From Mustelus asterias (lineage: Eukaryota), in assembly GCF_964213995.1 (NCBI RefSeq), contig NC_135808.1, positions 558,001 to 622,000 on the forward strand: DNA of 64,000 nt. Reading direction: 5' to 3'. Of the stretch, positions 24,706 to 37,755 are shown one piece after another (the first letter of the stretch is position 1; the number at the start of each line of letters is the position of its first letter). The notes beneath the pieces are model-generated. The model had not been told where the DNA came from. It was given only the letters and a program-made list of their open reading frames with translations, and did no database searches. Made by a program: the position numbers and the translations under genes.

Positions 24706-27700
24706 CGCCGATTGAGCTGAAGAATAAGCCGTGGTGGACACGCTACCCTTGGGCGCCTGAATTAATAGCTCCTCGTATGCAAATGAGGAATCAGCGAGCG
24801 GCAGATTCCTATTGGACCAGAGCGCCAAATCCGAGAGTATCCTTTCTGTGATGGCAACAATGGGCGCCAATCAGCCAATCAGAGCCGCACACTGCCAGAC
24901 ACCCACCAGCACTGCACGGGAAAAGTACTTCTTGGCGCCACAAAGTGACACAGTCTGCTGGTGAAAACTGAATCATAGAATGCCTGCAGTGCAGAAGCAG
25001 GCCATTTGGCCCATCGAGTCTGCACCGACAACAATCCCACCCTTAACTCCATGTATTTACCCTGCTAATCACCTGATACCAAGGGGCATGACCAATCCAC
25101 CTAACCTGCAGATGGATAAAGGCAAAATACTGCAATTGCTGGAATCTGAAGCAAAAACAGAAACAATGGGAGGCTGCATTTTCTCTCTCCGCAGATGTTG
25201 TCAGCCCCGCTGAGATTTTCCAGCATTTTCCTGTTTTTGTGTCTATCCCACAGCAAGAGACACTTTAGCATGGCCAATCCATCGGCACACTTTTGGACAC
25301 CAAGGGACAATTTAGTATGGCCAATCCCCCTAACCAGCACATGTTTTGGATTTTGGGAGTAAACCGGAGCACCTGGAGAAAACCCATGCAGACACGGGGA
25401 GAATGTGCAATGTTGCTGCCCTTTATCAGGTGAATGGTCATTTATTTGTTTTCTTTTTCCTTCTTTTGCCGGATATGGAAGTCGCTGGCTACCTCAGCAC
25501 TTACTGCCCATCCCTAATTGCCCCTTGAGAAGGTGGCAGTGAGTCACCTTCCTGAACCACTGCAGTCCGTGAGGTGCAGCTACGCCGATGGTGCTGTTAG
25601 GGGGGCAGCATGACTGAGACATCGGCAAAGTATGAAACGTACTTTGATTAGAATCAACCCAATTTCTAATCCCTTCAAATGTCTGAAAAAACCTCAACGT
25701 TCCTATTTGCTGGCTATAGAGTCATAGAGGTTTACAGCATTGAAACAGGCCCTTCAGCCCAACTTGACCATGATGCCCTGTTTTTACCCCTAAGCTAGTC
25801 CCAGTTGCCCGCATTTGGCCCATATCCCTCTATACCCATCTTAACCATGTAACTGACTAAATGCTTTTTAAAAGACAAAATTATAAGGAGCATCAACCCT
25901 GCATGCACATGTTGGAAAATTGAAGCGGTGTGCTTTGGCAATGAGTGAATATTCCTCACTGCCAGCATATCCCTGTAGGATTTCCCTGGATGGGAGGTGT
26001 TGCTATCTCTTACTCCAATAGCTCAGCAAATTTATTTATTGAATAGGAGAATTCTTTTGGTAAGAAGAAGTCAATTTAAGATCATAGAATCCCTACAGTG
26101 CAGAATCGAGCCTGCACCGACAACAATCCCACCTAGGCCCATAACCCCATATCTTTACCCACTAATCCTCTGATCTATGCATCCGAGGACATTAAAGAGC
26201 AATTTAGCATGGCCAATGCACCTAACCTGTACATCTTTGGACTGTGGGAGGAAACAGGAGCACCCAGAGAACACCCACACAGACATGGGGAAAACATGCA
26301 AACTCCACACACACAGTGACCCAAGCCAGGAATTGAACCCAGGTCCCTGGAGCTGTAAGGCAGCAGTGCTAACCACTGTGCTACCGTGCCGCCCAATCTA
26401 TATTGACTTAATGCCTCCAGCTTGATATTGTGGCTCAAATTAGCTACCATAGTGAGGGGTGCTGGGGGCCAGATATCATTGCCAATCACCATCCAGCACT
26501 ATGACTGGAAAGTGTAGATGAGGAGTGCACAGGACTGAGCTCCTCTGTCAGATACTCAATGCTTCCAATCTCACCAGAAAGCCAGCCAATATTTGTTGTC
26601 CAAAGTTGAATGATAAACTGGGTGAGAGAGAACGGGCCTAGCCAGAATGGTCAATGTTGAACTCTAGATGTCAACCTAACACTTCGGATGAAATTGATTG
26701 TTATGAATTCTTGACAACGTAATAAATAGAACTAGCATCTAACATTAGCTGTAGAGTAAGATTAACGTTCTGTTCTAACAACTACATCAAAATCGACCCA
26801 TCTTTCAAATGCCCTCCACATTGCCAGCGAGAAGAGATCTCTGTAGCACAGAGCAAACAACCAAAATGCTGGCATTTTCTTTTCTGGGTGTCACTTTTTA
26901 GAGATTGTTTTGCTCTAGCAAATTCAAACATCTCTGTTAGTCTTGTAGCCTGCATATTAAATTTTAAACACATCCCTTAACATCCACATTCAAAGGCCTC
27001 TATTTTCTTCCTTATTAATAGTGAGGTACATTATTTGCTCGATGGTCCTATTCCCATCATCAGCCTCCAATCACCCTCTCTTCATCGCAACTTCTCTTTA
27101 TTTTGATAAAGGCGTGATGGGCAGCAAAAGACCAGCTGCTCAAAACTGCTCATACCATGACAGAGCAACATGACTCAACTATTTCTCTCTCTCTCTCTCT
27201 CTCTTTATCCTTATCAGAGCCTTGAAACTTTATGAAAACAAGTGTGTCTACCTTTATTTTATGTGATTTTAAATTGAGTGCAAAAAAACGAGAATGTTCT
27301 TTTTTTAAATTAGGTTTCAAAGTGGAAGACGGGAGGAAGTCGCTTTGTGCTTAGATGGCTTTTGTTCAGAAATGAGTTAAGAGGAAGATCATTTCATGTT
27401 GAGTGAAAAATGATTAAAAGTCTTCATGTATGTTACTTAAAGATAGAAGGTACAGGGTGGATCTGCTCTTTCTTGCAGACAAGTCCTAATTGAATCTGCC
27501 CTATTTTCCAAGAATTTGTTTCTAAAGTTGTTAAATGCTCAACACATTAGCAATAAAGTACATGATTGGTTGTTATGTTGTGGTGTTTGTAAAACTTTTG
27601 GTTTCTGTGTCATTTTATATCTGTAAATAAATCTGTTTCAATATTTTAGCCTGGATACCATGGTCGAGTGGGATACTTATAGTCTGCTGAGGTGACAGGT

Positions 27701-27799
27701 GGTGACCTTCCACAGATTCTCCAGTATCTGAATTACTGAAGTTTTGGCCAGTGTTGCACCTGGACTATTGGTAAAATATCAAAGGGTGGAATGTAGATG

Positions 27800-28210
27800 T
27801 AAATTTGATTTGATTTGATTTATTATTGTCGCATGTAATAGTATACAGTGAAAAGTATTGTTTCTTGCGCGCTATACAGACAAAACATACCGTTCGTAGA
27901 GAAGGAAATGAGAGAGTGCAGAATGTAGTGTTACAGTCATAGCTAGGGTGTAGAGAAAGATCAACTTAATGCCAGGTAAATCCAATCAAAAGTCTGACAG
28001 CAGCAGGGGAGAAGCGGTTCTTGAGTCGGTTGGTACGTGTCCTCAGACTTTTGTATTTTTTTCCCGACGGAAGAAGGTGGAAGAGAGAATGTCCGGGGTA
28101 TATGTGGTCCTTAATCATGCTGGCTGTTTTTCCGAGGCAGCTGGAAGTGTAGTCAGTGTTAATGGGTGGGAGGCTGGTTTGAGTGATGAACTGGGCTTCA
28201 TTCACGACTC
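27800..28210 (-). mobile_element. Rex1/Babar-like LINE 3' end (second copy ~38085-38620)
   Basis: PGHSLFHLLPSGKKYKSLRTRTNRLKNRFSPAAVRLL followed by an (ATCAA)n tail. Confidence 0.75.
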
Positions 28211-29854
28211 TTTAGTATTTTAGTTCATTGGATGGCAAGTTCTTTCCCCTGTTCTTTATATGATAAAGATCCTTGATGCCTGTTATAAATTTTTGGGTCG
28301 GCGATAAAGTTAAAGTTTAAAGTTTATTTATTCGTCACAAGTCGGCTTGCATTAACACTGCATTGAAGTTACTGTGAAAATCCCCTAGTCGCCACACTCC
28401 GACGCCTGTTCGGGTACGCTGAGGGAGAATTTAGCACGGCGAATGCACCCTAACCAGCACGTCTTTCAGACTGTGGGAGGAAACCGGAGCACCCGGAGGA
28501 AACCCACGCAGACGTGGAGAGAACGTGCAGACTCCGCATGGACAGTGACGCAAGCTGGGAATTGAACCCGGATCCCTGGCGCTGTGAGGCAGCAGTGCTA
28601 ACCACTGTGCCACCATGTCACCATATGTGCCACCCTAAGTGCCACCATGCCACCCTAGGATTCATTCAGTGACAACAGCCTCTTCTTACACGGATGCCAG
28701 ATCATGTGTGATTACGATTTAAACATAGCTGCCCAATATTGAGTAAAATGACAAAATACCCTACAAGTGATGTGCCGAGTCACAACAATGAAACACCTCA
28801 CTGTAAATACCTGACGCTTCAAATATCCTCGCACACATATCTTCTATCTTCTGGAAGGCCCATTCTCTTCCACTCCCACTCAATCAACATCATGGAGACA
28901 ACCACTGAACTGAAGCTTAAATCGGTATAGTTTGGACAATGTGGTTGCGTGTGTCAAGTACATTTCTAAATTACCCCAGTTCTGATGAAAGGTTAATTTG
29001 TTAATTCTGTTTCTTTCTCCACAGATGCTGCCTAACCTGTAGATTATTTCTTTCTTGCATTTTCTGTTCTTATTCCAGATTTCCAGCATTCACAGTATTT
29101 TGCTTTTCAATGAGTGTTTAATTCACCGTCCCTTCTCTCCTAGGGATGCTTACCTTGAAGAGGTATTGCTTTTCTCTCCCATGGGATTTCTGTTTGTCTC
29201 TTTCACATCTCTAACTTTTCTGGTTTTGATGAAAGGTCACAGACAGAAAGGGCACACTTTCTGATAAGTGGCTCACTTGGCCGTTCCTTCACTGTTGCTC
29301 GGTCAAAATTCTGGAACTCCCTTCCTAACAATGCATAGCCTACAGTGATTTGAGAAGGCATCTTCACAAGAGTAATTAGGAATGGAAACTAATGCTGGCC
29401 CTGCCAGTGATGCCCACATCCCATGGACAAAAATAATCATTTAAAAAAGATTCTCCACTAAGGGCAGGATTTTCTGGCTGCTTTCTCTCCAAAACCGGAA
29501 AATCCTGCCTGAGGTCAATGGTCCGCCCCTTGCCCGCTCTGACTCCACCACGGAAATTCGCCCCAATGTCTCTGCAAGTCACTTGTCGAGGGTGTGATGG
29601 AATACTCACCATTAACATGGGTGGATGCAGCATAAGAAGCTGAAAACTGTCAGGAAAAAGTCAACTCAGTCTGAACAGAGTCCAGGCTCCAAGACTGCTG
29701 CTGCAGGCTGTATTATCGAAGGGATAGACAGCACCTCTCTCCTATCCCTGGGCAATACTATATGATAAAGCAATTATATTATGGGGATATCAGCACTTCC
29801 CTGTTCCCTTCAAAGTTGCACACTTTGTCACTTCGTCAAAGGTGAAAGGCAACC

Positions 29855-31245
29855 ATAAGAAATAGGTGTAGAAGTAGGCCATTCAGTCCATCAAGTCTGC
29901 TCCCCCGTTCAATGAGATCATGACTGAACTGATGTGACAATTCTCAACTCCACTTTCCTGCCTTATATCATAACCCTTGATTCCTTTACTAATTAAAAAT
30001 CTGTCAACCTCAGCCTTGAACAGACTCATTGACCCAACCTCTACACATTCTGCGGCAAAGAATTCCACAGATTCACTCCCCTCTGAGAGAAGAAATTCCT
30101 CCTCATCTCGGTCTTCAATTGGTGATCCCATACTCTGGGATTATGCCCTAGACTCTCCCACAAGGAAGGGGAAACAACCTCTCACCAGCCTGATTGGGTA
30201 AATACCACTGATCTTTCACCATAACTCATTCAAAATTCTGGAATTCCTGAATTCACACTCACAAGGGAACCCCATCATCACAAGAGTCATAGAGGTTTCC
30301 AGCATGGAAACAGGCCCTTCGGCTCAACTTGTCCATGCCACCATTTTTTAAAAACACCTAAGCTAGTCCCATTTGCCCACATTTGGCCCATATCCCTCTG
30401 TACCCATCTTACCCATGTAACTGTCTAATGCTTTCTAAAAGACAAAATAAGAAATCTACTACTACCTCTGGCAGCTTGTTCCAGACACTCACCACCTTCT
30501 GTGTGAAAAAATTGCCCCACTGGACACTTTTGTACCTCTCCCCTCTCACCTTAAACGTATGCCCCCTACCTTTGGGAAAAATGTTGACTATCTAGCTGAT
30601 CTATGCCCCTCATTATTTTATAGACCTCTATAAGGTCACCCCTCAGCCTCCTACACTCCAGAGAAAAAAGTCCCAGTCTATTCAGCCTCTCCTTATAACT
30701 CAAACCATCAAGTCCTGATAGCATCCTCGTAAGTCTCTTCTGCACTCTTTCTAGTTTAATAATATCCTTTCTATAATAGGGTAACCAGAACTGTACACAG
30801 TATTCCAAGTGTGGCCTTACCAATGTCTTGTACAACTTCAGCAAGACGTCCCAACTCCTGTTTTCAATGTTCTGACAAATGAAACCAAGCATGCTGAATG
30901 CCTTCTTCACCACTCTGTCCACCTGTGACTCCACTTTCAAGGAGCTATGAATCTGTATCCCTAGCACTCTTTGTTATGTAACTCTCCTCAACGCCCTACC
31001 ATTAACTGAGTAAGTCCTGCCCTGGTTCAATCTACCAAAATGCATCACCTCCCATTATCTAACTTAACCTCCATCTGCCATTCATCAGCCCACTGGCCCA
31101 ATTGATCAAGATCCCATTGCAATTCGAGATAACTTTCTTCACTGTCCACGATGCCACCAATCCTGGTGTCATCTGCAAACTTACTAACCATGCCTCCTAT
31201 ACTCTCATCCAAATCATTAATATAAATGACAAATAACAGTGGACT
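29855..31245 (-). mobile_element. Two adjacent CR1-like LINE 3' fragments (~29855-30190 and ~30285-31245)
   Basis: LYKTLVRPHLEYCVQFW...LERVQKRLTRML; FKAEVDRFLISKGIKGY. Confidence 0.9.
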
Positions 31246-34059
31246 TAAAGAACTCCACTTAATAACAAAAGATTTGAAGGAAAAAGCCTTTCATCGCACC
31301 CTCAGAGTTAAGAAGGGTGGACAATTACAATGAGGCTGTCCTGGTATCACATGCATTCTGTAAACAAATAAAAATATAATCTTGAGGAAGTCATGATGTA
31401 GTAAGTAAAAAGAAAGAACTTTAATGTACATCACCCCCTTCACATCAACAGAGCTTCGGAATGGATGAAAGTTATTTTTGTGCTTTTTTGGGGTGAGCCA
31501 CACCCACCAAGTTGCACACAGGAAGATTCCACAGATTCACATCATCTGTTTACTGATGATTAATTAGAGATATCTTTGATCGGGGCACCAGGACAAGTCC
31601 CTTGTTTTTGTTTTTCAAATGGAATTACTTGTATTCAGACAAACACCGCAGTTTAATGTTTCATCGACTGTAAATTGCCACTATTGCAGCATTCCCTCAG
31701 TACTGCACAGATATCTTGCTCTACATTGTATGCCTTTGCCATGGTATTGAATTATGTTGCTCCGTCATGCTACTACCAACGAACCAAGTTGGCAAAAATG
31801 TGAAGGGGGATTCCTCTCGACAACGGTAATAAGAAGGCAGGAACTGAAAGAGTAGCAGGAAATTATATAATGGGGTTTAAACTAAGCTCAGATATGAACG
31901 TGACATAGGATTCAGAGTCAACAAACTGCCAGGCTGGGGTGTGTTTGTGGGGCAAATGAGCGATTTGTTCTGGGAGCCAAACAGAATTGGTTTTGAAGTA
32001 AAAGTTGGAGAAAGCTTATGATGGAGGTGACAGAATCGTAGAATCCCGACAGCGCAGAAGGGGGTCATTCATTCCATCGAGCCTGCACCAACAACAATCC
32101 CACTCAGATCCTATCCCCTCAACCCCACCATTTACCCTGCCATTACAGAGACTTAGTTAAGGGAAGGACAGGATTGGCAGCTTAACATTCCAGGATACAG
32201 ATGTTTCAGGCGGGATGGGGGGATGTAAAAAGGGTGGGGGAGTTGCACTACTGATTAAGGAGAACAGCTGTACTGCGAGAGGACACCTCGGAGGGATCAT
32301 ACGGTGAGGCAATATGGGTAGAGCTCAAGAATAGGAAGTGTGTAGTCACAATGTGACTACACGAAGGTGAGTGGGAAAGCGAATTGCGTGGAGGACGCGG
32401 ATATTCTGCAGAGAGATTTGGATAGGTTGAGCGAGTGGGCGAGGATCTGGCAGATGGAATATAACGTTAGCAAATGTGAGGTTATCCACTTTGGAAGAAA
32501 TAATAGTAAATTGGAATATTATTTAAATGGAGAAAAATTACATCGTGCGACTGTGCAGAGGGACCTGGGGGTCCTTGTGCACGAATCGCAAAAACTCAGT
32601 CTGCAGGTGCAGCAGGTGATCAAGAAGGCGAATGGAATGTTGGCCTTTATCGCGAGGGGGATAGAATATAAAAGCAGGGAGGTCTTGCTGCAACTGTACA
32701 AGGCACTGGTGAGGCCGCAACTGGAGTACTGTGTGCAGTTTTGGTCCCCTTATTTGCGAAAGGATATATTGGCCTTGGAGGGAGTGCAGAGAAGGTTCAC
32801 CAGGTTGATACCGGAGATGAGGGGTGTAGCTTATGAGGAGAGATTAAACAGATTGGGTCTGTACTCGTTGGAGTTTAGAAGGATGAGGGGTGATCTTATA
32901 GAGACATATAAGATAATGAAGGGGCTGGATAGGGTAGAGGTGGAGAGATTCTTTCCACTTAGAAGGGAAACCAGAACTAGTGGGCACAGCCTCAAAATAA
33001 GGGGGGGCCGGTTCAGAACAGAGTTGAGGGGGAACTTCTTCTCTCAGAGGGTAGTGAATCTCTGTAATTCTCTGCCCATTGAAGTGGTGGAGGCTTCCTC
33101 GTTGAATATGTTTAAATCACGGGTAGATAGTTTTCTGATCAATAGGGAATTAGGGGTTATGGGGAGCAGGCGGGTAAGTGGAACTGATTCGCTTCAGATC
33201 AGCCATGATCTTATTGAATGGCGGGGCAGGCTCGAAGGGCCAGATGGCCTACTCCTGCTCCTATTTCTTATGTTCTTAATGTTGGGGGTTTATTATAGGC
33301 CACCCAACTGCCAGTGGGAGATAGAGGAACAGGTGTGTAGGCAGATTTTGGCAAAATGTAAAAGTAACAGGGTTGTTGTGTTGGGAGATTTTAACTTCCC
33401 CTATATTGACTGGGACTCACTTAGTGCTCGGGGCATGGATGGGGCAGAGTTTGTAAGGAGCATCCAGGAAAGCTTCTTGAAACAGTTTGTAGATAGTCCA
33501 ACTAGGGAAGGGGACTATCTGGACCTGGTATTGGGGAATGAGCCCGGCCAGGTGGTCGATGTTTCAGTAGGGGAACAGTTCGGAAACAGTGGCCACAATT
33601 CAGTAAGCTTTAAAGTACTAATGGATAAAGATAAGTGTAGTTCTCAAGTTAAGGTGCTAAACTGGGGGAAGGCTAATTACAACAATATTAGGCAGGAACT
33701 GAAGAATGGAGATTGGGGGCAGATAGAATCATAGAATCATAGAAACCCTACAGTGCAGAAAAAGGCCATTTGGCCCATCAAGTCAGCACCAACCACAATC
33801 CCACCCAAGCCCTACCCCCATATCCCTACATATTTCACCCGCTAATCTACGCATCTCAGGACACTAAGGGGCAATTTTAGCATGGCCAATCAACCTAACC
33901 CACACATCTTTGGAAACCGGAGCACCCGGAGGAAACCCACGCAGACATGAGGAGAATGTGCAAACTCCACACAGACAGTGACCCAAGCCGGGAATCGAAC
34001 CCAGGTCCCTGGAGCTGTGAAGCAGCAGTGCTAACCACTGTGCTACCGTGCCCTTCTGC

Positions 34060-34210
34060 AGATATCTGCAGATATCCACTCCATCTGACGAAGGAGCAGG
34101 TCTCCGAAAGCTAATGGCATTTGCTACCAAATAAACCTGTTGGACTTTAACCTGGTGTTGCTAAAACTCTTACTGTGTTTACCCCAGTCCAACGCCGGCA
34201 TCTCCACATA
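34060..34210 (+). mobile_element. PLE 3' tail copy containing a hammerhead ribozyme (34081-34117)
   Basis: CCAT-CTGACGA-A-GGAG/CTCC-GAAA-GCTA-ATGG; near-identical to 5017-5150. Confidence 0.75.
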
Positions 34211-34618
34211 CAGGGGAGGTCCCAGAGGATTGGAGAATAGCCAATGTTGTTCCTTTGTTTAAGAAGGGTAGCAAGAATAATCCAGGTAATTACAGGCTGG
34301 TGAGCCTTACATCAGTGGTAGGGAAATTATTGGAGAGGATTCTTTGAGGCAGAATTTATTCCCACTTAGAAATAAGTGGATGTATTAGTGAGAGGCAACA
34401 TGGTTTTGTGAAGGCAAGGTCCTGTCTCACTAATTTGATCGAGTTTTTCGAGGAAGTGACAAAGATGATTGATGAGTGTAGGGCAGTGGATGTTGTCTAC
34501 ATGGACTTCAGTAAGGCCTTTGACAAGGTCCCTCACGGCAAACTAGTGCAGAAGGTGAAGTCACATGGGATCAGAGGTGAGCTGGCAAGATGGAAACAAA
34601 ATTGGTTCAGTCAAAGAA

Positions 34619-34751
34619 TGATGTGGAGATGCCGGCGTTGGACTGGGGTAAGCACAGTAAGAAGTCTCACAACACCAGGTTAAAGTCCAACAGGTTTATT
34701 TGCTACCAAATAAACCTGTTGGACTTTAACCTGGTGTTGTGAGACTTCTTA
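34619..34751 (-). mobile_element. Short PLE 3' tail insertion with 5' inversion (45-bp hairpin arms)
   Basis: 13-bp TSD TTCAGTCAAAGAA at 34606-34618 and 34752-34764; arms 34658-34702 and 34707-34751. Confidence 0.8.
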
Positions 34752-37074
34752 TTCAGTCAAAGAAGACAGAGGGTAGCAATGGAAGGGTGCGTTTCTGAAT
34801 AGAGGGCTGTGACAAGTGGTGTTCTCAGGGATCAGTGCTGGGACCTTTGCTGTTTGTAATATATATAAATGATTTGGAGGAAAATGTAACTGGTTTGATT
34901 AGTAAGTTTGCGGACGACACAAAGGTTGGTGGATTTGCGGATTGCGATGAGGACCATCAAAGGATACAGCAGGATATAGATTGATTAGAGACTTGGGCGG
35001 AGAGATGGCAGATGGAGTTTAATCCGAACAAATGTGAGGTAATGCATTTTGAAAGGTTTAATACAGATAGGAAATATACAGTAAATGGCAGAACCCTTAA
35101 GAGTATTGATAGGCAAAGGGATCTGGGTGTACAGGTACACAGGTCACTGAAAGTGGCAATGCAGGTGGAGAAGGTAGTCAATGAGGCATACGGCATGCTT
35201 GCCTTCATCAGCCGGGGCATTGAGTTTAAAAATTGGCAAGTCATGTTGCAGTTTTATAGTATCTTAGTCAGGCCGCACTTGAAATATAGTGTTCAATTCT
35301 GATCGCCACATTTCCAGAAGGATGTGGAGGCTTTGGAGAGGGTACGAAAAGATTTACCAGGATGTTGCCTGGTATGGAGGTCATTAGTTATGAGGAGAGG
35401 TTGGCGAAACTTGGTTTGTTCTCACTGGAACGACGGAGGTTGAGGGGCAACCTGATGGAAGTGTACAAGATTATGAGGGGCATGGACAGAGCGGATAGTC
35501 AGAAGCTTTTTCCAAGGGTGGAAGAGTCAATTACTAGGGGGCACAGGTTTAAGGTGCGAGGGGTAAGGTTTAAAGGAGATGTACGAGGCAGATTTTTTAA
35601 ACAGAGGGTGGTGGGTGCCTGGAACTCGTTGCAGGAGGAGATAGTGGAAGCAGATACGGTAGTGACTTTTAAGGGGTGTCTTACAAATACATGAATAGGA
35701 TGGAATAGAGGCATATGGTCCCCGGAAGGGTAGGGGGTTTTAGTTAAGTCGGGCAGCATGGTGGGTGCAGGCTTGGAGGGTCGAAGGGCCTGTTCCTGTG
35801 CTGTAATTTTCTTTGTTCTTTGTAATTCCCCTGACACTAAGGGGCAATTTAGCCTGGCCAATTAACTAACCCACATGTCTCTGGACTGTGGGAGGAAACT
35901 GGGGCACCCAGAGGAAACCCAGACAGACTCGTGAAAATGTGCAGACTCCACACAGGCAGTCACCCAAGGCCAGAATCGAACTCGAGTCCCTGGCACTGTG
36001 AGGCCACTGTGTACCACCAAGACATCCACCCATCAGAGGATGACGCCAATGAAGAAACAACATGTCGCCATGTAGCTTAAATTAGCCACACCTGATAGAA
36101 GAAAATTGGGACGGTGCTGGTCACTTTTGGAGAAGTTGGATTGGAACAGAACTGAATGAGGACAAATCAGTGTCGACAGACTACGAATTATGGAAGAGGA
36201 GAATGGAGATAAGGATGTGGCATCTCGAAAGGTGTCAAGGAGAGACTGTGTGCCGCAGTTAAACAGTTAAAAATATAATTGCCCAGGGTAAGCTCAGTGC
36301 TGTGAGGATTGATTGCTTTTAAATTAGGAAAAGCCCTGATGAGATGGGTGGTGAGGATTCAATTGAAGACCTTAGAGAAGGAAGGGAAGGTAGAGAAAAA
36401 TAATACTTATTTTCCAACCTGATGAGTTTGGAATACCTGTCCAAATTATTAAGGTAAACAACCTCAGGTCATAATTTTAGGGTATGGGGTGGCAGATTTA
36501 AGAAAGAGAAATTACTTCTCTCAAAAGGTCGTGAATCTGTGTAACTCACCACCACATCAGAGTGGGGTGGATGTCAGGACGTAGACAGCTTTTTAATTAA
36601 TAACAGGTTGAAGGGTTATCGTGAATGGGCAGGAAAATGGAGTTGAGGCCGAGGCAAAATCAGTCATGATCATAGAATTCCTACATTGCAGAAGACCATT
36701 TGGCCCATCGAGTCTGTACTGACAACAATCCCACCCAGGCCCTGTCCCGTAACCCCTGCTAATCCCTTTCACACTAAAAGGGTAAATGTAGCTTGGCCAA
36801 TTAATCTAACCTAATAATAATATTGAATGGCGGAGCAGGCTCGAGGGCCTGAATGACCTACTTGTTATTTTGCTCCTTGTTATTTTGGGCAAAGGGCTAA
36901 ACTTTAATACAGTTCACAGGGGAGCGAAAGTCCCTCAATATAAACGAATATATATATAGGTAACACATGGTCCCTCAGAAGTTGCCAGTAATTGACAGGT
37001 TTGAAAGAATATCGTTATTCCAGTTTGAGCTGAGTCAGTTTGAAATTTGAACATCACTGTCGGTTTGTTTTGGC

Positions 37075-37275
37075 GGTTAAACGCAAGCGCGCGCTCCGCT
37101 TTGAAAATGTCCGCCCGCCAACGGCTGACGGGCGCCCGTCTGTGACGTCACCCGATATCTCATTTGCATAAAGCGGATTGAGAATGTACCGCCGGCGGCA
37201 GCCAATCAGAAACCAGCGTTAATCAGCCTCAATGGCGTTGCGGCCGCGCTGACCCCGAGCTGGCGGGTTCAGCCA
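37075..37275. promoter_or_regulatory. Orphan CpG-rich histone H2B/H2A-type promoter, no adjacent histone ORF
   Basis: CCGCCC ~37111, TGACG ~37126, CRE TGACGTCA 37143-37150, octamer ATTTGCAT 37162-37169, CCAAT 37202-37206. Confidence 0.65.
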
Positions 37276-37409
37276 GGCAGTGACAAGACCATTAGCCTGG
37301 AGGTGGATCTAGACCAACTGAAACACTGAAAACTCACCAGAATAAACAAAACAAGGATTTTATTTATGTTTTGTTTAAAGTCCAAGAACATTAAGATCTA
37401 TTGCCACAT

Positions 37410-37755
37410 GAGTCATAGAGCAATACAGCATGGAAACAGGCCCTTCCACCCAACTGGTCCATGGTGCCCTCCCAGCTTGTCCCAATTGTCCGCGTTTGGC
37501 CCAAATCCCTCTAATCCTTTCTCATCCATGTACTTATCCAAATGCATTTTAAATGTACCTGCCTCAACCACTCTCTCTGGCAACTCAATCCATATACGCA
37601 CCAGACTCGGTGTGAAGAAGTTGCCCCTCAGGTTCCTTTTAAATCTTTCCCCTCTCACCTTAAACCTATGCCCTCTAGTTTTCTATTCCCCTTCCACGGG
37701 AAAAAGACAATGTGTGTTCATCCTGTCTATGCCCCTCAGGATTTTATGCACTACA
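37410..37755 (-). mobile_element. CR1-like LINE 3' end
   Basis: RGERFKRNLRGNFFT..VRIWIELPERVVEAGTFK. Confidence 0.85.

Larger units (their letters stand above)
32145..35826 (+). mobile_element. Fragmented CR1-like LINE (APE to 3' end) with nested insertions: younger CR1 3' end ~32355-33277, HE1 SINE, two PLE tails
   Basis: APE motifs GVYYRPP, VLGDFNFPYIDW, PTREGDYLDLV; RT motifs YMDFSKAFDKVPH, FADDTK, MEFNPNKCEVMH; nested copy flanked by AATGT (32350-32354 and 33278-33282). Confidence 0.9.

Noticed and set aside
27920-27950. GTGTTACAG motif reminiscent of the U7 snRNA 5' end (also ~38214)
   Set aside because: Lies in a Rex1-like LINE 3' UTR and lacks the CTCTTT HDE-pairing segment, the U7 Sm site and the 3' hairpin.
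32367-33734. 455-aa ORF with RT C-terminus followed by endonuclease
   Set aside because: Chance in-frame fusion from a younger CR1 3' end inserted into the APE region of an older CR1; domain order is reversed.
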